This document shows, in pieces, positions 1 through 8,295 of a stretch of DNA of 64,000 bases (its first letter is position 1; every line of letters begins with the position of its first letter). The stretch spans positions 6,888-70,887 of the forward strand of contig JBAXLR010000002.1 of assembly GCA_037134655.1 (NCBI GenBank). Reading direction: 5' to 3'. The notes below the pieces were generated by a model. The model was not told the DNA's origin. It saw nothing but the letters and a program-made list of their open reading frames with translations, and ran no database searches. The DNA comes from a bacterium (GTDB taxonomy: Bacteria > Bdellovibrionota_B > Oligoflexia > Oligoflexales > RGVZ01). The position numbers were made by a program, and so were the translations under genes.

Positions 1-279
1 GAATTCTGTTGTTCGTTACAGCAGTCTCTTCTTGAGCAGGCGCGCCAGCGACTCGCGGGTGGTTCGATAAGTGAATCAAACCTTGAAACGATCAACTGCG
101 GAATTATTTCGATCATTGGAAGTGGCTTCTGGCAGAGTCCGGAGACGCTCGATACGGTGCGGAAAATTACTCCCGACGCATTATTTTTTGATGTTAAAAA
201 TTCTTGCCTTACGCTGGCAGTCAGTCCCGAAAAAGTTGAGCGAGTTGTGAAGTCACTTCATAACTCGCTAATCTCTTGA
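1..279 (+). CDS. 3' end of an ACT-domain enzyme, most likely aspartate kinase (partial, runs off window start)
   Basis: Frame 1 is open from base 1 to TGA at 277-279. The translation ...INCGIISIIGSGFWQSPETLDTVRKITPDALFFDVKNSCLTLAVSPEKVERVVKSLHNSLIS looks like the C-terminal ACT repeat of aspartokinases. It is absent from the ORF track because it has no start in the window. Confidence 0.5.
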   Translation, partial: EFCCSLQQSLLEQARQRLAGGSISESNLETINCGIISIIGSGFWQSPETLDTVRKITPDALFFDVKNSCLTLAVSPEKVERVVKSLHNSLIS

Positions 280-373
280 TCGTTAATCTTCTGGCTTTTT
301 ATTCAAGATTCATCAAGAATCCGACGCCAATGGTCGTTGCAGATCTTCCGGCCAAAATCGCTGGAGCAAATCC
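124..373. repeat. Left copy of a 250-bp direct repeat (partner 4076-4325)
   Basis: It aligns at a constant offset of 3952 with 12 mismatches and no gaps by manual alignment. It covers the last ~50 codons of the ACT-domain gene, the spacer, and on the minus strand the stop plus last 24 codons (299-373) of the OMP gene whose intact copy is at 4251-5084. Confidence 0.95.
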
Positions 374-382
374 TCTATAACA

Positions 383-410
383 GCACCCAGATCCCGACGT
401 GATGTCAGTG
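383..410. repeat. 28-bp perfect direct repeat, left copy (partner 3842-3869)
   Basis: gcacccagatcccgacgtgatgtcagtg occurs identically at both positions. This copy lies 9 bp inside the left 250-bp repeat boundary. Confidence 0.9.
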
Positions 411-875
411 GACTTGACTTTAAGTATTCGAGACCTACATCTGCTCGATCAGTGCTCATTCAGTCGGATGTCTCGTTTTACCGTTCCTGTGCAAGCGCAT
501 CGTAGGCAAATGGCATAGTATTTATGCGTCAAGTATAACACACCAAGATCAAACGGCAGTTTCGGCAGGTCGATATTTTTCCTGAGTTTCCTCGGGTCAG
601 TTGGGTAGAACGACATCTTGTCTGGAACGCTGTGCAGAGAAGATGTCCGAAAGGCACTGATTTTTTTCCTAGCGCCAAGATTTAATCTTTCATCACGCGT
701 CATCGGAGTTTATATGGCTAGTCTTAGTCCTGGCGATTGCCATCGTAATCAACGGAGTCTTCTTAGCGAGAATTTAAACCAAAGTTTTCTTTGGACCCAG
801 CCAAGGGTATACCCAGGGTGGCAGTCTTTTCTTGGGCCCACCAAAACATAGATAAATCGGTTTTATGCTGGTTGT

Positions 876-3407
876 TTAGCGCACTGGTGCTAAAGTCTCG
901 CGTCTAAACACAAGTGCTTTCAACAGCTCTGTTGTAAAAACGTATCCAACAACAATAAGTAACACGACGGCCATAAGATCGGCAGATAGCGGGACGAATC
1001 CCATAGCCCCAGCAAACGGCAAGTAAGGGATCGCCAGAGCAACGACGCCCACCGCGACCGTCAACTTTAATAACAGTCGTCCGGGTGAACTCTTATAGAC
1101 CGGTCTTCTCGTTCTGACCACCAACGCCACGACTAATTCTGTTAAAAGCGATTCCACGAACCATGTCGTTCTAAATTCTTGTGCTCCAGCGGAATAAAAC
1201 ACAATTAAAACACCAAAAATAACAAAATCAAAAAATGAGCTCACCAAACCAAATTCAATCATGAATCGCTTTATATAGCTCATATCCCATCGACCAGGTC
1301 CAGCGACTAATTCATCATCTACACTGTCTGCCGCAATCCCGATGGCAGGGATATCCGAAAGAAAATTGTTAAGCAAAACCTGCCCAGCCAACAACGGCAG
1401 AAACGGCAGAAATAGGGACGCCACCGCCATACTGATCATATTCCCCAAATTAGCACTCATGGTGATCAAAATGTATTTGAGGGTATTGGCAAATGTTTTT
1501 CGGCCCTGCTCTATGCCCTGCTTGATCACATCGAGGTCGCGCTCGAGCAACACAAAATCTGCAACATCACGAGCGACGTCTACGGCACTATCCACTGACA
1601 GACTGGTATCAGCTGCATGCATAGCGGGCGCATCATTTACACCATCGCCGAGAAAACCGACAACCGCCCCCATTTTTTTGAGAGATAAAATAATTCGTTC
1701 TTTTTGGTTTGGATCAACCTCCGCAAAGACGGTTGTGTCTATTGCGCTATGCCAGAGGGCCTCATCATGAAGCTCATCGAGGTCTTTACCCGTTAATGTT
1801 TTTTGAGCATCTAAGCCAACGGCACGTGCTACATTTTGAGCAACCGATTTCGAGTCGCCCGTTATAATCTTTATTCCAACACCAAGCTTTTCCAGGCTCT
1901 TGATCACATCAGCTACCCCAAGTTTCGGTCGGTCTAAAAATGTAAGAAAGCCTAGAAAACTCATCTCCTCCTCATCATCGCGAGTATAATTATCACCGAG
2001 AATCAATCGTTTGGTCGCTACCGCTAACACACGGATACCTCGCGATGACCATGCTTCATAGTTCTTCGTAATCTCGTCCCGATGTCCCTCCGTTATCACT
2101 GAACCGTCTCCTAACATCGTGCAGCTGGCCATTACGGTAGGAAAAGCTCCCTTTGTGATCAAAACCCGCTCACGACCACCACTCTCTATGATCACACTCA
2201 TCCGTTTCCGGATAAAGTCGTATGGAATTTCGGCAAATTTCACAGGAAGATGAACAGTGCCAACACGCGCGGCAATAGCTTCATCCAACGGATTTTTCAA
2301 GCCAGTTTGTAGCAAAGCATTGATAGCAGCCTGACTCAATACTGCTGTGCTTTCGACTCCATGCCAATCGTAAGCCCCAGAAAGCTCCACAACGCCTTCA
2401 GTTAAAGTTCCCGTCTTATCAGTGCACAGAACCGTCATGCTACCAAGATTTTCAATCGCATTGAGATTTCTAACAATCACGCCCTTTTTTGCCATCAGAT
2501 TTGCTGCCGTTGCCAAATTCACATTTAAAATAGCTGGTAATAATTCCGGGCTTAAGCCAACTGCAAGAGCAATAGAAAACAGTAACGACTCTATCATTGG
2601 CCTCTCAAGGATTAAATTCGCAATGAACACAATTAGGGTCATCGCCAGCATTGCTATCGTTAGAAAATCACCAAATTTTCTTATTCCGCGTTCAAATTCG
2701 GTTTCAGGAGCACGAAGTGATAGACGCTTAGCAATACCACCGTACTCCGACCTGGGGCCCGTACGAACAACAACGCAGGTACCTATTCCCGCCCTAACGT
2801 TAGTACCCATGAAAACACTGTTTAATCTCTTAGACAGTTCAACCTTCGGGGGTAAAACAGCAGGCTCTTTTTCAACCGGAAAACTCTCGCCTGTCATCAC
2901 GGCTTCATTTATAAACAAATCCTTCGCTGTTAAAACTCTTGCATCAGCCGGCACGAGACTTCCTGCCGACAGCACAAACACATCACCAGGCACTAACTCT
3001 CGCACATCAATAGAGATCTCCACCCCATCGCGAAGAACCCGCGCCTTAGTTTGCAGTCTATCTTTGAGCTGTCTAACAGCAACCTGAGCGCTGAATTCCC
3101 TTGAGTATCCAATACCGACGGATCCAGCTAATATCAGCATGATGATTGAAGAGTCGACCCATTCACCGCTAATCATGGACACCACTGCGGCGATTATAAG
3201 AATCCATAAAAGATGACTTTTAAGCTGGTTCCATAAAATCCTGCCCTTAGACAACCTAATCTCTTCTTTGACCTCATTACGACCATACTCTGAGATTCTC
3301 ATATTTGCTTCTGCCGTACTCAGCCCATGGAACGATGAGTCCAGCGAATGTATAAGCTCAGTTTCAGAAACACTCCAGAATTGATTTATAACGATTTTTG
3401 AACTCAT
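876..3407 (-). CDS. mgtA: Mg2+-transporting P-type ATPase (MgtA/MgtB-like, P3B)
   Basis: P-type motifs TGES, CTDKTGTLT and GDGVNDAPA are present. The TM4 motif PELLP resembles the MgtA PEMLP. The ORF track starts at GTG 3422, but ATG 3407 (MSSKIV) has a GGGGAG RBS 7 nt upstream. Confidence 0.85.
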   Translation of the reverse strand: MSSKIVINQFWSVSETELIHSLDSSFHGLSTAEANMRISEYGRNEVKEEIRLSKGRILWNQLKSHLLWILIIAAVVSMISGEWVDSSIIMLILAGSVGIGYSREFSAQVAVRQLKDRLQTKARVLRDGVEISIDVRELVPGDVFVLSAGSLVPADARVLTAKDLFINEAVMTGESFPVEKEPAVLPPKVELSKRLNSVFMGTNVRAGIGTCVVVRTGPRSEYGGIAKRLSLRAPETEFERGIRKFGDFLTIAMLAMTLIVFIANLILERPMIESLLFSIALAVGLSPELLPAILNVNLATAANLMAKKGVIVRNLNAIENLGSMTVLCTDKTGTLTEGVVELSGAYDWHGVESTAVLSQAAINALLQTGLKNPLDEAIAARVGTVHLPVKFAEIPYDFIRKRMSVIIESGGRERVLITKGAFPTVMASCTMLGDGSVITEGHRDEITKNYEAWSSRGIRVLAVATKRLILGDNYTRDDEEEMSFLGFLTFLDRPKLGVADVIKSLEKLGVGIKIITGDSKSVAQNVARAVGLDAQKTLTGKDLDELHDEALWHSAIDTTVFAEVDPNQKERIILSLKKMGAVVGFLGDGVNDAPAMHAADTSLSVDSAVDVARDVADFVLLERDLDVIKQGIEQGRKTFANTLKYILITMSANLGNMISMAVASLFLPFLPLLAGQVLLNNFLSDIPAIGIAADSVDDELVAGPGRWDMSYIKRFMIEFGLVSSFFDFVIFGVLIVFYSAGAQEFRTTWFVESLLTELVVALVVRTRRPVYKSSPGRLLLKLTVAVGVVALAIPYLPFAGAMGFVPLSADLMAVVLLIVVGYVFTTELLKALVFRRETLAPVR

Positions 3408-3520
3408 GTTACGGCTCCCCACCTCTGAGCTCCGTCTTACCTGAGTTGCAGATCGCCATCACTAGTTAATTTGAATGAGCACGCTCGCTGCGGATTAAAC
3501 TAAAAATCAATAAGGACGAT

Positions 3521-3910
3521 TTAACTCGCCCTTCCTTTGGAACTGCTTGGGTTGATGTAGCATCTTAGTTTCGCTTGTCTCTCCGCTCCCATTCGTAAGA
3601 CATTTGCCTTCAAATCCGCGTGGCGGGCAATTAATTCATTGAACTGGGTTTTGCTCAGCTTAAATACATCGCAATAGGTTGCTGCAGTTTCATCTGTTGT
3701 GCGCTTAAATTCACTAATTAGCGCCATTTCACCAAAAGAGGATCCTGGACCGAGAGCGGTTATGAATTGGTCGCCCATGTGTACGTTGATTGTACGGTGC
3801 CCTATCAGTAATATATTTTCTCCGATATGATATCTCAACCGGCACCCAGATCCCGACGTGATGTCAGTGCAAGGGTGGTGTAATGTACTCACCGGTGGTT
3901 TTCCTTGCAT
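3521..3910 (-). pseudogene. 5'-truncated cyclic-nucleotide-binding domain gene
   Basis: Only the C-terminal half of a cNMP-binding domain is recognisable (GSSFGEMALISEFKRTTDETAATYCDVFKLSKTQFNELI). Recognisable similarity stops at the 28-bp repeat (3842-3869), and the N-terminal 20 aa of the ORF look non-homologous. Confidence 0.55.
3842..3869. repeat. 28-bp perfect direct repeat, right copy
   Basis: Identical to 383-410. It lies inside the truncated cNMP-binding ORF. Confidence 0.9.
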
Positions 3911-4075
3911 GCCGGAGTCAAAGTTGAGTGCATAGACCGTGCAGGCTTAAGAAAGCTTTTTCATTACGGTGGCCGGTTAGCAGGGAATCGGTCGTTGCTG
4001 AGCTGATCCCAACCAGATGATCCAGGTCCTGCCAGGAAACGAACCTGCCCAGCACACGGTGAGCCTAACGACTCT

Positions 4076-4325
4076 GGCTTTTGGCAGAGTCCGGAGACGC
4101 TCGATACGGTGCGGAAAATTTCTCCCGACGCATTGTTTTTTGATGTTAAAAATTCTTGTCTGACGCTGGCAGTCAGTCCCGAAAAAGTTGAGCGAGTTGT
4201 GAAGTCACTTCACAGCTCGCTAATTTCTTGACCATTAATTTTCTGGCTTTTTATTCAAGATTCATCAAGAATCCGACGCCAATTGTCGTTGCAGATCTTC
4301 CGGCCAAAATCGCTGGAGCAAATCC
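4076..4325. repeat. Right copy of the 250-bp direct repeat
   Basis: See 124-373. This copy is contiguous with the intact OMP gene. Confidence 0.95.
4082..4231 (+). pseudogene. Start-less fragment duplicating the last ~50 codons of the ACT-domain gene
   Basis: It translates WQSPETLDTVRKISPDALFFDVKNSCLTLAVSPEKVERVVKSLHSSLIS*. The frame is closed by a TGA at 4004-4006 and has no ATG. Confidence 0.8.
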
Positions 4326-5084
4326 AGCTTCGACTTGAACCGCATCAAACTTATAACCTGCGGCGATAAGTCCGCGTCCGTGAACTCCAATGCCGGAATT
4401 GACCTCGTAACCCCAATCAGCCGATTTAGCTGCGCTGGCACTCCCATTTATGCTTGCCATCATATAGGCAAGGCCCAGACCCGCTTCGGTTCTCAAGACA
4501 AAATTGTCGCGTGAAAATAAGTTATAGGACAGGCCTGCGGTTGCTGCGAGTGCATTAGCTTTAAACTCTCCCACTTCGCTCTCGCCAAAAACAACCCTTG
4601 AGGTTCCACTGATCGTATAGATGCTTCCGCGAGCAAATCCATCAACTTGGCCTAAGAACCGGCTTCGTATAGCCTGTCCGCTGATTTCGTAGCCGGCTGA
4701 ATCTGCGCCTGCTCCAAAGGTTGTAAGACCCACGGAAGAGCCAATTAATAAATTCGCTGGACGACGATACGTTTTATATCTTTGCATTACTGGCGAGCTC
4801 CCGTCCAACATGGCGTAGGAGTCGGCTTGCGTGTCAACCTGACCCATAACTTGTTGAAGTTGAACCGAGCGTTTTGATCCATTCATTTTCGTGACTTTTC
4901 CAGTCGCAATAAGTTCGCCTCGATCAGTGAAAAAGCCAAGCTCATCACCTGAGACGATGCTTTTGTCGTTGACCACACAGACGTCATTACGAGGGCTGCA
5001 ATTAAATCCTCGTCCGAAGGCTGCGCTTGGCGCTAGGGCCAGAATGCAGGCATATTGAAGCATTTTTTTTGTACGAGTGTTCAT
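4251..5084 (-). CDS. Secreted protein, putative outer-membrane beta-barrel
   Basis: It has a signal peptide (MNTRTKKMLQYACILALAPSAAFG) and a Gly/Ser/Ala-rich alternating C-terminal half. An AAGGAG RBS lies upstream. I recognised no family. Confidence 0.6.
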   Translation of the reverse strand: MNTRTKKMLQYACILALAPSAAFGRGFNCSPRNDVCVVNDKSIVSGDELGFFTDRGELIATGKVTKMNGSKRSVQLQQVMGQVDTQADSYAMLDGSSPVMQRYKTYRRPANLLIGSSVGLTTFGAGADSAGYEISGQAIRSRFLGQVDGFARGSIYTISGTSRVVFGESEVGEFKANALAATAGLSYNLFSRDNFVLRTEAGLGLAYMMASINGSASAAKSADWGYEVNSGIGVHGRGLIAAGYKFDAVQVEAGFAPAILAGRSATTIGVGFLMNLE

Positions 5085-5112
5085 AGGGCATTCTCCTTAC
5101 GCCCCCTTTAAA

Positions 5113-5128
5113 AGCAAATGACATGCCA
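5113..5128 (-). promoter_or_regulatory. sigma54 (-24/-12) promoter candidate for the OMP gene
   Basis: The minus strand reads TGGCATGTCATTTGCT, against the consensus TGGCACG-N4-TTGCW with correct GG-N10-GC spacing. It lies ~30 nt upstream of ATG 5084, with AAGGAG in between. Confidence 0.45.
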
Positions 5129-5206
5129 AAGGAAAGGTTTGTAACTTCCTGTAATTTTTGCTCATTTTTTGGGCCTAGGTGTCAATAATTTTGACATTGT
5201 CCAGTT

Positions 5207-5854
5207 TTATTCCCAGTTGGGAAAACCGCCACCAGAAGCTAGGCCCACCATTGAGGTTTCCAGGTGGTCCATGAAAGCTCGGGAATTGCCATTCCAGAAA
5301 AGCTTATCACCGATGAGCACGTCACAAAAAAATGGAACCAACAAGGCCTCGCCTTTTGGTAGAGACTTACCAAGTCCATGTAGGAAGACGGGATAAACAG
5401 GAATCATGGGATATTTTTCTGCGATATAGGCAACCCCTGATTTGAATTTAGCCATTTTTTCTGGTTCGCCGCGACTACCTTCCGGGAATAGGATCAGAAT
5501 CTCGCCCCGGTCCAGTGCTTGAAAAACACCGCTTAGACGCTCGTCCAATGAAGCTCCATCAGCAGTACGCTTTAGTGGGATGATGCCCATTATCTCCCGT
5601 GAGAACCATGCCAGCAGCTTATTCTTGAGAAAATAATCGGCTGCCGCCACGGGGCGAATCTTTCGAAGCCTACTTAGTGGTAATAGGGTCATAAGTACGA
5701 CCGTATCAAGATGGCTATTGTGATTGGCGACAATAATCGCTGGCCCGTCTTGGGGTAGCTCTTTCTGTCTACGGACGTTCAATCCGATTACCACCAGAAT
5801 AATCGGTCTTACAATCAGGGCAAAAAAAATAAGTTGAATAAATCGGTTCATCAA
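5207..5854 (-). CDS. plsC: 1-acyl-sn-glycerol-3-phosphate acyltransferase
   Basis: It carries the HX4D motif NHNSHLD and the FPEGSRG motif, with an N-terminal TM segment. Confidence 0.8.
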   Translation of the reverse strand: MMNRFIQLIFFALIVRPIILVVIGLNVRRQKELPQDGPAIIVANHNSHLDTVVLMTLLPLSRLRKIRPVAAADYFLKNKLLAWFSREIMGIIPLKRTADGASLDERLSGVFQALDRGEILILFPEGSRGEPEKMAKFKSGVAYIAEKYPMIPVYPVFLHGLGKSLPKGEALLVPFFCDVLIGDKLFWNGNSRAFMDHLETSMVGLASGGGFPNWE

Positions 5855-5866
5855 TTCATTCCGGGA

Positions 5867-6802
5867 CTAATATTTTAGGTAATAGATGTAGTGAAAGAAC
5901 AGTGGAACAGTAAAATAAAGGCTATCGATTCGATCCAAGATACCGCCGTGACCGGGCAGCAGTTGTCCACTGTCCTTAAGGCCGACGTCCCGCTTTAAAG
6001 CTGAAATAGTCACATCGCCAATAAAACCAAACAGACCAATAATTAAGCCAGCCACTGCGGAGTAAAAGTGATCAAGAGGCGTCAGATAAGGTCCAAGGAA
6101 ATAGGCGATAACAACTGTTGTGGTCACGCCGCCAATCAGGCCTTGATAAGTTTTATTGGGACTTACGGTGGGTACAACCTTATGTTTTCCAAAGAGCTTA
6201 CCCCAGAAGTATTGGGCTACGTCATTGAATTGAGAAAGGAATGTTACACACAGAACAAGACCAACTCCGCCGCCATTGGGATTACCACTTTGAGGAAGCA
6301 CTAGCAAGTAGGCTAGATGGCTTACACAAAAAACTGTGGTCATTAGGCCCCAGTGCAGTGTGCCAATGGCTTGAAGATAACCCTTTGTTTCGCCGATAAG
6401 GATTACTCGCATGGGTATGAATAGAAACATGTAAACCGGGATGAATATGATAAATAAACCATACCAAGCTGTGGCTACCCAGTAATACTGCAACACGATA
6501 CTGGCGTAGGCCCAAAAAATAACGCGACGATCCGCACGTCGCGTAGGGATCATGGAGAGGTATTCCTTGAGAGCCAAAAAGCTTACAAATCCGAAGAAAG
6601 CAACGGCATAGTTCGTTGGCAGCATCATAGCGGCAGTGAAAATCCCAACGAGAATCCACCAGGTTTTCACCCGTAGAACAAGTTCTTCAAATTTCCCAGG
6701 TCCTTTGATTTTTAGTAAATAAGTTGTGACGATCGTGGCAACAATGAGGAGTGCCACGATTCCGGTCAATACATTTTGAACGTGAGGGTGAAAATTGCTC
6801 AT
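5867..6802 (-). CDS. cdsA: Phosphatidate cytidylyltransferase
   Basis: It is a polytopic membrane protein with the CdsA signature SALKRDVGLKDSGQLLPGHGGILDRIDS. Confidence 0.85.
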   Translation of the reverse strand: MSNFHPHVQNVLTGIVALLIVATIVTTYLLKIKGPGKFEELVLRVKTWWILVGIFTAAMMLPTNYAVAFFGFVSFLALKEYLSMIPTRRADRRVIFWAYASIVLQYYWVATAWYGLFIIFIPVYMFLFIPMRVILIGETKGYLQAIGTLHWGLMTTVFCVSHLAYLLVLPQSGNPNGGGVGLVLCVTFLSQFNDVAQYFWGKLFGKHKVVPTVSPNKTYQGLIGGVTTTVVIAYFLGPYLTPLDHFYSAVAGLIIGLFGFIGDVTISALKRDVGLKDSGQLLPGHGGILDRIDSLYFTVPLFFHYIYYLKY

Positions 6803-6915
6803 GATCGTTCTATCCTATAATTTAGAAGCCAGATTATACGCCTATGATACCATGAAACCTCATTCCGAACGAGGGTGGATATGATTCTGTATTTTGTCAT
6901 AAAGTCGCACCGATC

Positions 6916-8295
6916 ATGAAAGATCAATCTCTCGAAACATCGTCCTTATTTTCGGTTGAAAGATACCAGTATGAGGTCGCGCAAAGACGAGTCGCCACTT
7001 GGCACGAAGCTGAGGCGCAGTGGTGCCCAATTCCTGTAGCTCTCTCCCCAACAGTTATTGAAAAGACTACTTGGGATCAATTGTATCGTGATGCCATGCT
7101 GATTGTGGGCTGTTTTCCTAGGGCCTTACGATGGCTTCAGGTGATGTCTGATAAGGATGAAGTCGTCGCGAAATTTTTTAACCGTATGTTAGTTGGGCTC
7201 TCTGATTGTGAGATCAAACTAGCCAAAAAAAGTCCTGATCCCTATTGGGGGCATGCATCCATCCGCTTGGATCTGTTCTGGCATTATGGTGAACTGCGAA
7301 TTATTGAGGCTAATTGTACAATTCCTGCGATGCAGGCCTATAGCGACAATGTGCTGGAGTCTTGGCTGTTGGCGGGCGGGAGAACCAACTATCGACCGCA
7401 AAATGTTGATCAGCTCCTTACGAGTCTTTTGAGTCTCTATCGTACCAATGGTGGTCTTACAGCACGACCGCGGATTGTAATTCTACATCGTCAAGGCGAT
7501 AGCCAACTTGGTGAATTGCAATGGCTAGCCCAACGTTGGACGGGGATGGGATTCGAGTCGATCCTCGTCACGCCAGAAAAAATTGAGCGTCGTGGAGATC
7601 TCTGGCTCGCGGAGGGAATTCCTTGTGAAATTGTCTATCGACATATATTTGCCTTTCGTATCAAAAACGAGCAAATTTTGTCGGCACTTGATCGGTCGTT
7701 TGAAACCCATATCTACAATCCCGTCAGCGCCCACTATGAGTCTAAAGCTTTCTTTGCGCTGTTAAGTCACATAGCGGCAGATGAACAACTGTGCGCACAA
7801 GTGGGGGTTAGGAGGGAAGAAGCGCTAGCGATTGAGCGCCGCCTGCCGTGGTGCCGTGTTATCGGACCCTCATTTGCCGGAGTTTCACTTGAAAATGTCG
7901 AGCGTCGCCTGGAAGGACTGGTCATTAAACGAAGCGTGGGCTACGGTGGACACTCAGTAGTTCTCGGAGAAAGCTGGTTTTCACAGGAAACTCAAGACAG
8001 ATTGCGCGCACTAACTGGTATGAGTACTGATGTCGATGTGAAAAGTTTTCTCAAATGGCTGGAAAAAGATGAATCTCTTTGGGTCGCGCAAGAACGCATG
8101 TCAGGACTGCAGCGCGAGACTAAAATCCTAACCAAAAACGGCATCGAAGAATGGAAAGCATGGTTCGATGCATCCATATTTATAAATTCAAACGGCAGCG
8201 CCATCTGCCATGGTGGCGTTAGCCGTGTTGCCAAGAGTCCAATTGTGAATATCGGAACTGGCGGCGGTTTGGCGCCACTCATAATCACGCCCTAG
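6916..8295 (+). CDS. ATP-grasp enzyme of the glutathionylspermidine-synthase-like (GSP_synth) type
   Basis: IRLDLFWHYGELRIIEANCTIPAM resembles the RfDf...llEyNADTP motif of that family. A C-terminal VIKRSVGYGGHSVVLG element is also present. Confidence 0.45.
   Translation: MKDQSLETSSLFSVERYQYEVAQRRVATWHEAEAQWCPIPVALSPTVIEKTTWDQLYRDAMLIVGCFPRALRWLQVMSDKDEVVAKFFNRMLVGLSDCEIKLAKKSPDPYWGHASIRLDLFWHYGELRIIEANCTIPAMQAYSDNVLESWLLAGGRTNYRPQNVDQLLTSLLSLYRTNGGLTARPRIVILHRQGDSQLGELQWLAQRWTGMGFESILVTPEKIERRGDLWLAEGIPCEIVYRHIFAFRIKNEQILSALDRSFETHIYNPVSAHYESKAFFALLSHIAADEQLCAQVGVRREEALAIERRLPWCRVIGPSFAGVSLENVERRLEGLVIKRSVGYGGHSVVLGESWFSQETQDRLRALTGMSTDVDVKSFLKWLEKDESLWVAQERMSGLQRETKILTKNGIEEWKAWFDASIFINSNGSAICHGGVSRVAKSPIVNIGTGGGLAPLIITP

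Noticed and set aside
1-6. GAATTC (EcoRI site) exactly at the window start, considered as a cloning boundary
   Set aside because: The window is an arbitrary slice and a single 6-mer is expected by chance. The reading frame continues through it.
449-851. Small ORFs 449-703 (-) and 618-851 (+) at the left end of the mgtA cassette
   Set aside because: They overlap each other, have no convincing RBS and match no recognisable family. They may be remnants of cassette sequence, but I cannot support them as genes.
1342-3087. Plus-strand ORFs 1342-1770 and 2422-3087 inside mgtA, and similar antisense ORFs inside other long genes (e.g. 15852-16286, 31427-31837, 39584-39990, 42924-43355, 44370-44834, 52828-53337, 61395-61832)
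   Set aside because: They lie fully within well-supported genes on the opposite strand. They have low-complexity Ser/Arg/Ala-rich translations, no RBS and no recognisable family. They are typical shadow ORFs.
3423-3520. Possible Mg2+ riboswitch (M-box) or leader upstream of mgtA
   Set aside because: Only ~100-115 nt separate mgtA from the upstream ORF stop, which is shorter than an M-box. I could not recognise conserved M-box segments by eye.
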